From positions 6,816 to 70,815 of the forward strand of contig JAFLUG010000002.1 of assembly GCA_022508885.1 (NCBI GenBank): a stretch of DNA of 64,000 bases. The letters are read 5' to 3'. The DNA is from Oscillospiraceae bacterium (GTDB lineage Bacteria > Bacillota > Clostridia > Oscillospirales > Ruminococcaceae). Under the pieces are notes generated by a model. The model did not search any database and was not told the DNA's origin. It saw only the letters and a program-made list of their open reading frames with translations. Shown here one piece after another: positions 53,813 to 63,010 of this stretch; position 1 is the stretch's first letter; every line of letters begins with the position of its first letter. Both the position numbers and the translations under genes were made by a program.

Positions 53813-54403
53813 TTAAAGTTTCGCAAATCTCTGCAAAATGTTAAGTCCCGTTTCTCCGCTTTTTTCGGGATGGAACTGGGCGCCGTAAACATTCCCGCTG
53901 AACACCAGCGCAGGGACCTTCATTCCATAGTCACAGTATGCCGAAACATTTTCGCTTGGGCATTCCGCTGCGTAAGAATGAACGAAATACACATATTCCC
54001 CGCCCTTATCGAGCAGTCCGCATGAATTGTTAAGTTCAAGCTCGTTCCAACCGATATGCGGTATCGGAAGATTTTCGGGAGTCATAAGTCTCACACTTCC
54101 GCGGATAAGACCCAGACCGTCGGTTTCCTCAAACTCGTAACCCTTTTCAAAGAGCATCTGCATTCCGAGGCATATACCGAGCAGCGGCTTCTTCTCCGCT
54201 TCTTCCTTTATAACATTGACCAGTCCGCTTTCTCTGAGCATTCTCATCGCGTCGGGAAACGCTCCTACCCCCGGCAGGATGAGCCTGTCCGCACTGCGAA
54301 GATCATCAGCATTATTTGTTATTTTATTTTCAATTTTAAGATATTCGAGCGCGTTTTTTACGCTGAACAGATTTCCCGCGCCGTAGTCGATAATTGCGAT
54401 CAT
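53813..54403 (-). CDS. hisH: Imidazole glycerol phosphate synthase, glutaminase subunit
   Basis: 196 aa. ILPGVGAF ... GICLGMQ ... FHPEKS triad motifs. Confidence 0.95.
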   Translation of the reverse strand: MIAIIDYGAGNLFSVKNALEYLKIENKITNNADDLRSADRLILPGVGAFPDAMRMLRESGLVNVIKEEAEKKPLLGICLGMQMLFEKGYEFEETDGLGLIRGSVRLMTPENLPIPHIGWNELELNNSCGLLDKGGEYVYFVHSYAAECPSENVSAYCDYGMKVPALVFSGNVYGAQFHPEKSGETGLNILQRFAKL

Positions 54404-54415
54404 TTTTGACCTCTT

Positions 54416-54940
54416 TCAATAAGTTAAGCAAAACAGCTTGTGATATTTATCAAGCCCTTTGTTAAAACTAACAGTAAACCTTTTCAGCCGCTGAAACTCC
54501 TTTTCGGGAAACACATCCCAGTGTCTGTTGTAGACAGCCAGTCCGTTTCCGTTCTCATACAACGAAAATTCGACAATCACATCGTCAAGCAGTTCCATGA
54601 TATCAAATGAATTACCATACTCGAATTCCTTTTCCGCCGAAGCAAGCTCCGCACCTCTGTACGGCAGTTCCATCGAATCGGGAGCAAGAAATATCTCCAC
54701 AGCAACTTTTCCGTTTTCAAGCGCGAGCCGTAAAATATAAGCTCCCGGTTCGTCCTGCCAGCACAGCCATTCTTCGCCGGATTTCTCTTCAAGAATATTC
54801 GCCAGCGCGTCAAGAAAATACTTAGGCGCGTCACATTGCAGATAATCCGAGTTTGTAAGCCAGCCCTGCTTTTCACTGTGCGGGGTAAAGCAGACCTCAA
54901 ACCACCCGTAACGAATGCCGTGTATCTCAAACGTGTTCAT
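54416..54940 (-). CDS. Hypothetical 174-aa protein inserted between hisB and hisH
   Basis: I prefer the start at 54940 (MNTFEIHG, GGAG upstream). The ORF-track start is 55006. No motif recognised. Confidence 0.45.
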   Translation of the reverse strand: MNTFEIHGIRYGWFEVCFTPHSEKQGWLTNSDYLQCDAPKYFLDALANILEEKSGEEWLCWQDEPGAYILRLALENGKVAVEIFLAPDSMELPYRGAELASAEKEFEYGNSFDIMELLDDVIVEFSLYENGNGLAVYNRHWDVFPEKEFQRLKRFTVSFNKGLDKYHKLFCLTY

Positions 54941-55349
54941 CAAATATCTCCGACCAATGCAGTTTGATATGCTCCATAATATGCCCGATATTGCCCTCTC
55001 CCGCAAACTCGCTCATATCGAAAAAATTTTTGTCCGTGTTTATCCACAAAAGCGGATTTTTCTCCTCACACAGCGTTACTTCACGATTAAGACCGCCCGC
55101 GTATACCTCAACGTATTCATTGCAAAGCGGATACGAAAAGTCCATTAAATGCACAAGTCTGATATCCGCTTTCGTTATCCCTGTTTCCTCGGACAATTCG
55201 CGGTAAGCCGCCGTATAACCGTCCTCTCCCTGCTCGATCTTGCCGCCTACCATGTTATAAAGTCCTTTGTACGGGTCTTTTACTCGTCTGCACATCAACA
55301 TTTGACTTTTGTCGGGCGAGAAAACAGCAATGACGTTGTAGCCCTGCAT
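54927..55349 (-). CDS. NUDIX hydrolase
   Basis: Nudix box GGKIEQGEDGYTAAYRELSEETG. Confidence 0.85.
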   Translation of the reverse strand: MQGYNVIAVFSPDKSQMLMCRRVKDPYKGLYNMVGGKIEQGEDGYTAAYRELSEETGITKADIRLVHLMDFSYPLCNEYVEVYAGGLNREVTLCEEKNPLLWINTDKNFFDMSEFAGEGNIGHIMEHIKLHWSEIFDEHV

Positions 55350-55930
55350 TAAAGTGTACCTTTCGTGGAAACTGCCATGCCGTTTGCGTTTATTTTTACT
55401 GCCGCTTTCATGGCGTAAGCAAGCGCCTTGAACAGAGCTTCTATCTTGTGGTGGTCGTTCTTGCCGTATTCACAGCGCAAGTGGAGAGTAATTCCCGCGT
55501 TAAAGGCAAAAGCTCTCATAAACTCCTCTACAAGACAAGTATCAAGCTCGCCCGCCTTTTCTCCCTCAAACTCCGCGTCAAACACAAGAAACGGTCTTCC
55601 GCTTATATCGACAGCACAAAAGCCGAGCGCTTCGTCCATAGGAATAAACGCGCTTCCATAGCGGACAATTCCCGATTTGTCGCCGAGAGCCTCGCTGAAA
55701 GCTTTTCCAAGAACTATCCCTACATCCTCGGCGGTGTGGTGAGCGTCAACCTGTAGATCTCCCCTGGCATTCAGAATCAATCCAAACTCTCCGTGAACCG
55801 CGAACGAGTTAAGCATATGGTCAAGAAACCCAATGCCTGTGCTTATATCCGCCTCTCCGCCGTCTAAATTCAGAACAAGCTTTATGTCGGTTTCCTTTGT
55901 TGTTCTGGTAATCTGAGCTTTTCTGTTCAT
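55349..55930 (-). CDS. hisB: Imidazoleglycerol-phosphate dehydratase
   Basis: 193 aa. GIGFLDHML ... DAHHTAED motifs. Confidence 0.95.
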   Translation of the reverse strand: MNRKAQITRTTKETDIKLVLNLDGGEADISTGIGFLDHMLNSFAVHGEFGLILNARGDLQVDAHHTAEDVGIVLGKAFSEALGDKSGIVRYGSAFIPMDEALGFCAVDISGRPFLVFDAEFEGEKAGELDTCLVEEFMRAFAFNAGITLHLRCEYGKNDHHKIEALFKALAYAMKAAVKINANGMAVSTKGTL

Positions 55931-55955
55931 AACATTTCCTCCGATTTTTCAGAAA

Positions 55956-57254
55956 TCAAGCGTTGTTTTTTCTGACAGCAATTGAATTTGAGTGCGCCGT
56001 GAGCTGTTCACGATTTGCGATAAGAATTATGTCGTCCGCCGCGTCAAGAAGCGCGTCCTTGGTATAACAGATGTAGCTCGAGCGCTTTATAAAGCTATCC
56101 ACACCGAGCGGAGAATAAAATCTCGCCGTTCCGCTTGTGGGAAGAACGTGGTTTGGTCCCGCGTAATAATCGCCGAGAGGCTCGGGAGAATACTGTCCCA
56201 AAAACAGCGATCCGACGTTGTCAAGCCGTCCGATGTATTCCATAGGTTCTCTGACAATGCACTCCAGGTGCTCGGGCGCGATCTTATTAGCTATCTCAAC
56301 AGCATAATCCATATCATCGCAGACAATGATCCCGCCGTAATTGTTCAGCGATTCCTCAATTATTTCCTTACGCGACAGATACGCTGTCTGTCGCTCGATC
56401 TCCGCCTTTGTTTGTTCGGCGATCTCCATGCTTGTCGTGATCATGATCGAGCTTGCGAGTCTGTCATGCTCTGCCTGTGAAAGCAGATCTGCCGCAAGAT
56501 AAACAGGGTTTGCCGAGTCGTCGGCGAGTACAAGAATCTCACTCGGACCCGCTACCATATCTATATCTACAGTTCCGTAAACAAGCTTTTTCGCTGTCGC
56601 GACAAAAATATTTCCTGGGCCAACTATTTTTGATACACGCGGTATCTCTTCCGTTCCATACGCAAGAGCCGCTATTGCCTGCGCTCCTCCCGCAAGATAT
56701 ATTCTGTCAACTCCGCAAAGCGCCGCCGCGACAAGAATATCCTTGTTTGCGGAGCCGTCCTTAAGCGGAGGAGTTACCATTATAACTTCCTTTACTCCGG
56801 CAATTTTCGCGGGGATGGCGTTCATAAGTACAGACGAAGGATAAGCCGCAGTGCCCCCCGGAACATACAGTCCGACTTTATCGAGTCCGCGAATGCGCTG
56901 TCCCATAATAACGCCGTTTTCTTCGGTTACGCAAAAGCCCTCGTGCTTTTGTCTCGTGTGAAAAGCGGTGATGTTCTCAACGGCATTTAGCATTGCGTTT
57001 ACAAAATCAGGAGAGTTTTCGTTAGCCTCCGTCAGAGCGTCTTGTATAGCCTCATCGGGCACGCGGTAATACTGCGCGTTCGGGCTGTCAAACTTTGCGG
57101 TATACGCTTTTACAGCCTTATCGCCGTTTGCTTTTACATCGGCTAAAATTTCCCTGACCGTTTTTTCTACTTCTGCGTTTACTTCTCCCGCGCGCTTTTC
57201 TACATCCTCGAGAAAACGCTTTTCATCGCCGTTTGCTTTTATTATCCTTATCAT
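55956..57254 (-). CDS. hisD: Histidinol dehydrogenase
   Basis: 432 aa. AGPSE ... QAEHD motifs. Confidence 0.95.
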   Translation of the reverse strand: MIRIIKANGDEKRFLEDVEKRAGEVNAEVEKTVREILADVKANGDKAVKAYTAKFDSPNAQYYRVPDEAIQDALTEANENSPDFVNAMLNAVENITAFHTRQKHEGFCVTEENGVIMGQRIRGLDKVGLYVPGGTAAYPSSVLMNAIPAKIAGVKEVIMVTPPLKDGSANKDILVAAALCGVDRIYLAGGAQAIAALAYGTEEIPRVSKIVGPGNIFVATAKKLVYGTVDIDMVAGPSEILVLADDSANPVYLAADLLSQAEHDRLASSIMITTSMEIAEQTKAEIERQTAYLSRKEIIEESLNNYGGIIVCDDMDYAVEIANKIAPEHLECIVREPMEYIGRLDNVGSLFLGQYSPEPLGDYYAGPNHVLPTSGTARFYSPLGVDSFIKRSSYICYTKDALLDAADDIILIANREQLTAHSNSIAVRKNNA

Positions 57255-57886
57255 TTCAAATTCTCCTCAATAAGTCTTACAATCTCCTGAATGCGCTCCT
57301 GCTTAAGCTTTATGCTGACAGTATTTGCGATAAGACGCGCGGAAATCGGAGCAACGTCTTCATAAACCTCGAGTCCGTTTTCTTTAAGTGTGGTACCTGT
57401 TTCGACAATGTCAACTATCCCATCCGCAAGTCCGACAAGAGGAGCAAGCTCAACCGAGCCTTCTATTTTAACTATATCAACGTCGATCCCCTTTGCCTCA
57501 AAAAAAGTTCTTGTCACCTCGGGATATTTTGTCGCTACGGTCTTTACCCCATAACCCTCATAGAAATTTACGCCGTTTTTGACCGCAAGAGCAAATTTGC
57601 ATTTTCCAAAACCAAGATCAGCTATCTCGAAAAACCTGCCGCCATGCTCCATGATAGTGTCCTTTCCGACAACTCCCAAGTCGCAGACGCCGTGTTCTAC
57701 ATAAGTAATAACGTCTGCTGCCTTAGCCAGAACGACCTCGATTTCTTCGTCCGGAATTGATAAAATAAGCCGTCTTCCCTTTTCACGAAGATCTGTTACA
57801 TCATATCCGATTTTTTCAAGCAGGTCAACCGCCTTGTTTTCTATTCTGCCTTTTGTCAGCGCAATTCTGACTTTTCTGTTTTCCAA
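57251..57886 (-). CDS. hisG: ATP phosphoribosyltransferase (short form)
   Basis: 211 aa, the short HisG type that pairs with HisZ. DLGVVGKD motif. Confidence 0.93.
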   Translation of the reverse strand: MENRKVRIALTKGRIENKAVDLLEKIGYDVTDLREKGRRLILSIPDEEIEVVLAKAADVITYVEHGVCDLGVVGKDTIMEHGGRFFEIADLGFGKCKFALAVKNGVNFYEGYGVKTVATKYPEVTRTFFEAKGIDVDIVKIEGSVELAPLVGLADGIVDIVETGTTLKENGLEVYEDVAPISARLIANTVSIKLKQERIQEIVRLIEENLK

Positions 57887-57888
57887 GA

Positions 57889-59085
57889 CTACACCTCCCT
57901 GCTTTGAATATTGCCGTTTTCATCAATCAAAACAAGCTTTGGTATATTATTTTCACGCGCAAACTTCAAAGCTTTTTCGAGGCTTTCTTCTTCAAAAATT
58001 TTTACCCGCAAGCCGTTTTTGTAAAGCTCGTCACAGTACTTTAACGCCTCGATCTTGTTTTTGGAATATACAAGCACGTCTGTACTCTGCTCAAATTCCT
58101 CGGTATCAAAGGTTCTGATAAGCACCCTCGCCGCGGCTTCGACATTTACCGCAAAGCCTACAGCTTTTTCGTCCTTCCCAAACTCTTTAAGCAGATTGTC
58201 ATACCGTCCGCCGGACAGAATGGGCTGACCATACCCCTCTATATATCCGCGAAAGATAATGCCCGTATAATAACTTTTCTTATGAACAAGCCCTAAATCC
58301 ACACGAATTATATCGGGTGGAATTATTTTAGACAGATCCTCGCAGATACACTTCAGGTGTAAAAGCTTTGAACCAAGCTTACCTACATTAAGGTATTTTT
58401 GCGCTTCATCAAACACTTCCATTCCACCGAAAAGATGCGGAAGCGCTTTAAGCGCTTTTGCAACATTATCATCCGAGTCAGTAAGAATACTCTCCAAAAG
58501 CGGATAATTTTTGGTTTCAATGCCATTTCTAATAAGTTCGGCTTGCTGTTCATCACAATCATACTGCGAAATAAGCTCACGAAAAATTCCGCTGTCGCCT
58601 ATTTCAAAACGAAATCCCTTGTTTGAGCAGGACTTAAGCGCCTGATACCCGAGATAAAGCGCTTCATAGTCCATAGACTCCTCATTGCCGCCGATTATTT
58701 CTAATCCGCACTGAGAGATCTCGTCATCTCTGCCGCTGTCCTTTGGATTTACAAGAAATATGCTCTGATTGTAAAACAGCTTAAGCGGAAGCTGTTCTTT
58801 ATACAATCTTGTCGCGTAAAGTCTTGCAATCGGAAGAGTACTGTCGGGGCGAAGAACCATAAGCCGATTTTTCCCGTCAACAAGCTTGTACATTGATTCT
58901 TGAGGAAAACTGCGCTCGTTTCCGTTAAACACATCGTAAAACTCAATTCCAGGTGTGATAACGTCGGAATAACCGAAGCTATCAAAGATATTTGTTATCC
59001 GTCTTGAAATAATACGCTTTGCGGCCGCCTCTCTAAACAGATAGTCCCGTGTACCCTCCGGTGTAAGCAAATCGTTTCTTTTCAA
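57889..59085 (-). CDS. hisZ: ATP phosphoribosyltransferase regulatory subunit
   Basis: 398 aa. HisRS-like catalytic core without an anticodon-binding function. TTG start after AGAGGAG. Directly upstream of hisG. Confidence 0.88.
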   Translation of the reverse strand: MKRNDLLTPEGTRDYLFREAAAKRIISRRITNIFDSFGYSDVITPGIEFYDVFNGNERSFPQESMYKLVDGKNRLMVLRPDSTLPIARLYATRLYKEQLPLKLFYNQSIFLVNPKDSGRDDEISQCGLEIIGGNEESMDYEALYLGYQALKSCSNKGFRFEIGDSGIFRELISQYDCDEQQAELIRNGIETKNYPLLESILTDSDDNVAKALKALPHLFGGMEVFDEAQKYLNVGKLGSKLLHLKCICEDLSKIIPPDIIRVDLGLVHKKSYYTGIIFRGYIEGYGQPILSGGRYDNLLKEFGKDEKAVGFAVNVEAAARVLIRTFDTEEFEQSTDVLVYSKNKIEALKYCDELYKNGLRVKIFEEESLEKALKFARENNIPKLVLIDENGNIQSREV

Positions 59086-59157
59086 ATCTTCTACTCCTCT
59101 TTTTATGCGGCGTATATCTTCGCTCGCTTTAATGTATTAACATGATATCACACTAAT

Positions 59158-59186
59158 ATAATACCACAAGAACATTCATTTGTCAA
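59158..59186 (-). promoter_or_regulatory. sigma-70-type promoter of the his operon
   Basis: On the minus strand: TTGACA (59186-59181), 17-nt spacer, TATTAT (59163-59158). The ~70-nt leader has no obvious T-box or attenuator. Confidence 0.55.
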
Positions 59187-59239
59187 TAACACATAAACAT
59201 TTCATCAAAACCAACTGTAATTTTCAACAATGTGGAAAA

Positions 59240-62200
59240 TTACATATCAAAAAGCGTAAACTGTGCCGACTGTTGAAATCCGTTAAACGCTCCCATATCC
59301 TTAAGCTTTTCAATAACTGTAGAATTTACTCCGCTTGCAGCCTGAATATCGTCTATACATGCGTTTTCATCTCTGTCAATCGCCTCCCGAAGTTTTATAG
59401 CCGCGTTTTCTCCGCAGCCTGAAACCGCCAAAAACGGCATTCTAAGGTTTCCGTCTTCAATAGAATATGTAAGCGCGTGTGATTTTTTCGCATCTACAGG
59501 CAGAGCCTCTATTCCGCGTGACAGCATCTCCAGCACAAGCAAAAGCGCGTCAAGGGTCTCTGACTCTTTTGCTGAAGGCTTTGGAATTGACTTGATTTCC
59601 TGGATCCTCTGTTTAACCGCGTTTTTGCCTTTAAGTATTGTTTCCAGCTCAAGATTGTTTGTGTGCTTTGTAAGCGTAGCGGCGTAAAACTCGGCTGGTT
59701 TGTTTATTTTAAACCATGCCAGCTTTACCGCAGCCATTACATAAGCCGCGGCGTGAGCTTTGGGGAACATATACTTTATTTTCTTGCAGCTTTCAATATA
59801 CCATTTAGGAATACTGTTATCCTCAAACGCTTTATAGATCTCATCGTCAAATTTCTTTTCAGCATTACCCTTTCGCGTTATCTCCATTATCTTAAACGCG
59901 AGACCGGGCTCCACTCCCTTTTGCATAAGATACACCATGATATTATCGCGCGTTCCTATAACGTCGGAAATTGTACAGGTTCCGTTTTTGATAAGATCCT
60001 GCGCGTTTCCAAGCCATACGTCCGTCCCGTGTGAAAGTCCCGATATCTGAAGCAAGTCAGAAAAGTTTTTCGGCTGCGCGTCCTGAAGCATCTGCATAGC
60101 AAAACCGGTCCCAAACTCCGGTATACCAAATGTTCCGCTGCTTACGCCGATATCCTCGTCAAGATTTAAAGGCTCCGTTGAAACAAACAGCTTATATACA
60201 TCGGGGTCGGTAGTCGGAACATCAGCAATTTTTATGCCCGTCATATCCTCAAGATGCTTGTAAAGCGTAGGAACATCGTGTCCAAGCTCGTCAAGCTTTA
60301 AAATCGTATCATGGAGAGCGTGAAAATCGAAATGCGTGGTTATCATATCGCTTTCCGTTTTATCGGCGGGATGCTGAACCGGAGTGAAATCGTAAACCTC
60401 ATAGTCATTCGGCACGACTACCATTCCGCCCGGGTGCTGAGAGGTCGTTCTTTTCACGCCTGTGCAGCCGACCGTTAGTCTGTCAATTTCCGCGTCATTG
60501 ATATTAAGTCCCCGCTCCTCACTGTATTTTTTTACAAAACCGTACGCGGTCTTATCCTGCACCGCGGAAATCGTTCCTGCCTTGAAAACATGGTCTTTTC
60601 CGAACAGGTCTTCGGTGTATCTGTGAACCTTTGCCTGAACCTCGCCGGAGAAATTTAAGTCGATATCCGGAGCCTTATCGCCCTTAAAGCCCAAGAACGT
60701 TTCAAATGGGATATCATGTCCGTCGCGTATCATGTCAGTGCCACAGTTCGGACAGCTTTTCGGAGGCAGATCATATCCCGAGCCTACAGAACCGTCAGTT
60801 ATAAACTCCGAATGGCGGCATTTCGAACAGCGATAATGCGGAGCCAACGGGTTTACCTCTGAAATACCCGCCATGATAGCTACAAACGAAGAACCCACCG
60901 AGCCTCTTGAACCGACAAGATAGCCATTGTCCTCCGAGTATTTCACAAGTTTTTGCGCAATCATATAAAGCACCGAAAATCCGTATGTTATAATTGCCTC
61001 AAGCTCACGTTTAAGACGTTTTTCAACAATTTCGGGAAGCTCCTTTCCATCTTCCTTATACCAGGCGTTCGCCCTGCTCCAGCACAGATCCTGAAGTTCC
61101 TGCTCTGCCCCGTCGATTGAGGGAGTATATGTTCCTTTTGGAATAGGCCTTACGTCACCGTCTATCATTTCCGCTATTTTATTTGTGTTTGTTACCACGA
61201 CCTCAAACGCTTTTTCTTCGCCGAGATAATCAAATTCCTTAAGCATTTCATCGGTTGTCCTGAAATAAAGATCAGCCTGATTATCATAATCCTTATAACC
61301 CTGACCTGCCTGAAGGATTTTTCGGAAAATACCGTCCTCCTTATCTTTGAAGTGAACATCGCAGGTAGCGACGCAAAGCTTTCCGTGCTTGTCCGCAAGA
61401 TTTACGATCTCGCGGTTCAGATTTTTAAGCTCCTCGTCGTTCTCGACCTTTCCGTCGCGCACGAGAAATCTGTTGTTGCAGATAGGCTGAATTTCATAAT
61501 AATCGTAGACCGAAGCGATTTTTTCGATTTCCTTTTCAGACTTTTTTTCGAGAATAGCTTTAAATAGCTCTCCTGCCTCGCACGCGGAACCGATTATAAG
61601 ACCCTCACGGTGTTTCTGCAGCTCGGAAAGCGGTATTCTCGGTTTTTTGTAAAAATAATTTAGATTTGAATATGAAACTAACTTGTACAGATTTTTGAGT
61701 CCGATCTTATTTTTGACAAGAATGATCATATGATATGTCGGCAGCTTTTTTACCTCATCCGACTCGCTGTCATTTACAAAATAAGCCTCAACTCCGTAAA
61801 TCATCTTCATTTTAGAGCCTTTGGCATTAAGCGCTTCAATAGTATTCATTGCTTCGGGATAGCATTGGAGATTTCCATGGTCTGTTATAGCAACTGCGGA
61901 ATGTCCCCATTCATTTGCCTGTGTAATAAGCTCTTTGGCGGTAGAGACCGCGTCCATATCGGACATCTTTGTATGCATATGAAGCTCTACCCGCTTTTGC
62001 ACAGCATTATCCGTTCTGCCATGCGGACTGATTTCAGCAATTGAGCTCGGTCGGAAATTCACCTTATGTGTAAAGCTGTCCTGCTCAAATTTACCTGTCG
62101 CTATGATTGATTTTCCAACAGCAATGTTATTTGTAACAGCTTTTTTATTTTCAACTCCTGTAACTATTTTGATAATCGCGGATGAAGTCTTATCCGAAAA

Positions 62201-62998
62201 GCAGGCGGAGTAGATAAATGTTTTACCGTCACGTGAAGTCTTTTCATCGGATATCTTGAAAATAGTTCCCCATAGTGTAGTTTCATCTGCCTCTGAAAAA
62301 TTTTCGGACATATTCTCGGGATAACCGAAATTTCCCTTTCCATAAAAAAGCAGAGCCTTATTGCCGAATTTTTCATGCTCAAAGGAAAGCTCAATTTCTG
62401 TCGGATTTTCGGAAAACTGAGTTTTTTTGGAATAACCCCCGCGATAACCGTTCTTTTCCTTCGGCTTTTCCTCAACGGGAGCAATTGATATTTGTTCCGC
62501 AGGCACACTGTTTTCTTGTTTGATATATTTGTCTACATCAAGCTCGTTGTCTGATGACAAGACAACATTTATTTGTTTGTCAAAAAATCCGCGAACGTAG
62601 TTTTGTATCCTGTTTTCAACTCCAAGACCCATCAAAACTTTTTTTCCGCCGTTTTTAAGCGTTATTTCATAGGTCGAACCGTCATCGCTGATCTCGGCCC
62701 CGTCAAAATACCCGTTTACCGAGATCATCTTTCGTTTCATAAGTTCAATGATCTCGTATATGTATTCCACAGAAAACAAACTCTCATGGTATTTAGGGTA
62801 AATCATAGCCTCGGCGCTGATCGCCTCGGAAATAATCTCGGACGCGGAAAAAATCTCTGACATAGGCACAAGAGAGTCAAGCGCGAGGTTAATCTTTAAA
62901 TCGGTTTTCTCCCTGTTGCACGCAAGCTTCAGAACCGTACCGTCGCAAATAGTTTCGGGAAGCTCCACATTCTCAATTAAATCCAACAGCTTTGCCAT
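59240..62998 (-). CDS. polC: DNA polymerase III alpha subunit, PolC type, lacking the internal 3'-5' exonuclease domain
   Basis: 1252 aa. PolC N-terminal domain, OB fold, PHP motif (VELHMHTKMSDMDAV), zinc module (CSKCRHSEF...CPNCG), GSRGSVGSSFVA, PDIDLNF, KYMFPKAHAAAYV. The PHP halves join directly (GVEAYFVNDSESDEVKKLPTYHMIILVKN) where the DEDD exonuclease is normally inserted. Confidence 0.9.
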   Translation of the reverse strand: MAKLLDLIENVELPETICDGTVLKLACNREKTDLKINLALDSLVPMSEIFSASEIISEAISAEAMIYPKYHESLFSVEYIYEIIELMKRKMISVNGYFDGAEISDDGSTYEITLKNGGKKVLMGLGVENRIQNYVRGFFDKQINVVLSSDNELDVDKYIKQENSVPAEQISIAPVEEKPKEKNGYRGGYSKKTQFSENPTEIELSFEHEKFGNKALLFYGKGNFGYPENMSENFSEADETTLWGTIFKISDEKTSRDGKTFIYSACFSDKTSSAIIKIVTGVENKKAVTNNIAVGKSIIATGKFEQDSFTHKVNFRPSSIAEISPHGRTDNAVQKRVELHMHTKMSDMDAVSTAKELITQANEWGHSAVAITDHGNLQCYPEAMNTIEALNAKGSKMKMIYGVEAYFVNDSESDEVKKLPTYHMIILVKNKIGLKNLYKLVSYSNLNYFYKKPRIPLSELQKHREGLIIGSACEAGELFKAILEKKSEKEIEKIASVYDYYEIQPICNNRFLVRDGKVENDEELKNLNREIVNLADKHGKLCVATCDVHFKDKEDGIFRKILQAGQGYKDYDNQADLYFRTTDEMLKEFDYLGEEKAFEVVVTNTNKIAEMIDGDVRPIPKGTYTPSIDGAEQELQDLCWSRANAWYKEDGKELPEIVEKRLKRELEAIITYGFSVLYMIAQKLVKYSEDNGYLVGSRGSVGSSFVAIMAGISEVNPLAPHYRCSKCRHSEFITDGSVGSGYDLPPKSCPNCGTDMIRDGHDIPFETFLGFKGDKAPDIDLNFSGEVQAKVHRYTEDLFGKDHVFKAGTISAVQDKTAYGFVKKYSEERGLNINDAEIDRLTVGCTGVKRTTSQHPGGMVVVPNDYEVYDFTPVQHPADKTESDMITTHFDFHALHDTILKLDELGHDVPTLYKHLEDMTGIKIADVPTTDPDVYKLFVSTEPLNLDEDIGVSSGTFGIPEFGTGFAMQMLQDAQPKNFSDLLQISGLSHGTDVWLGNAQDLIKNGTCTISDVIGTRDNIMVYLMQKGVEPGLAFKIMEITRKGNAEKKFDDEIYKAFEDNSIPKWYIESCKKIKYMFPKAHAAAYVMAAVKLAWFKINKPAEFYAATLTKHTNNLELETILKGKNAVKQRIQEIKSIPKPSAKESETLDALLLVLEMLSRGIEALPVDAKKSHALTYSIEDGNLRMPFLAVSGCGENAAIKLREAIDRDENACIDDIQAASGVNSTVIEKLKDMGAFNGFQQSAQFTLFDM

Positions 62999-63010
62999 TT
63001 CTATCTTCCT

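Noticed and set aside
59086-59157. Possible T-box or attenuator leader upstream of hisZ, and likewise upstream of aroB and argG
   Set aside because: The leaders are short (~70 nt or less). They show no specifier/T-box (AGGGTGGTACCGCG-like) sequence or terminator/antiterminator pair.
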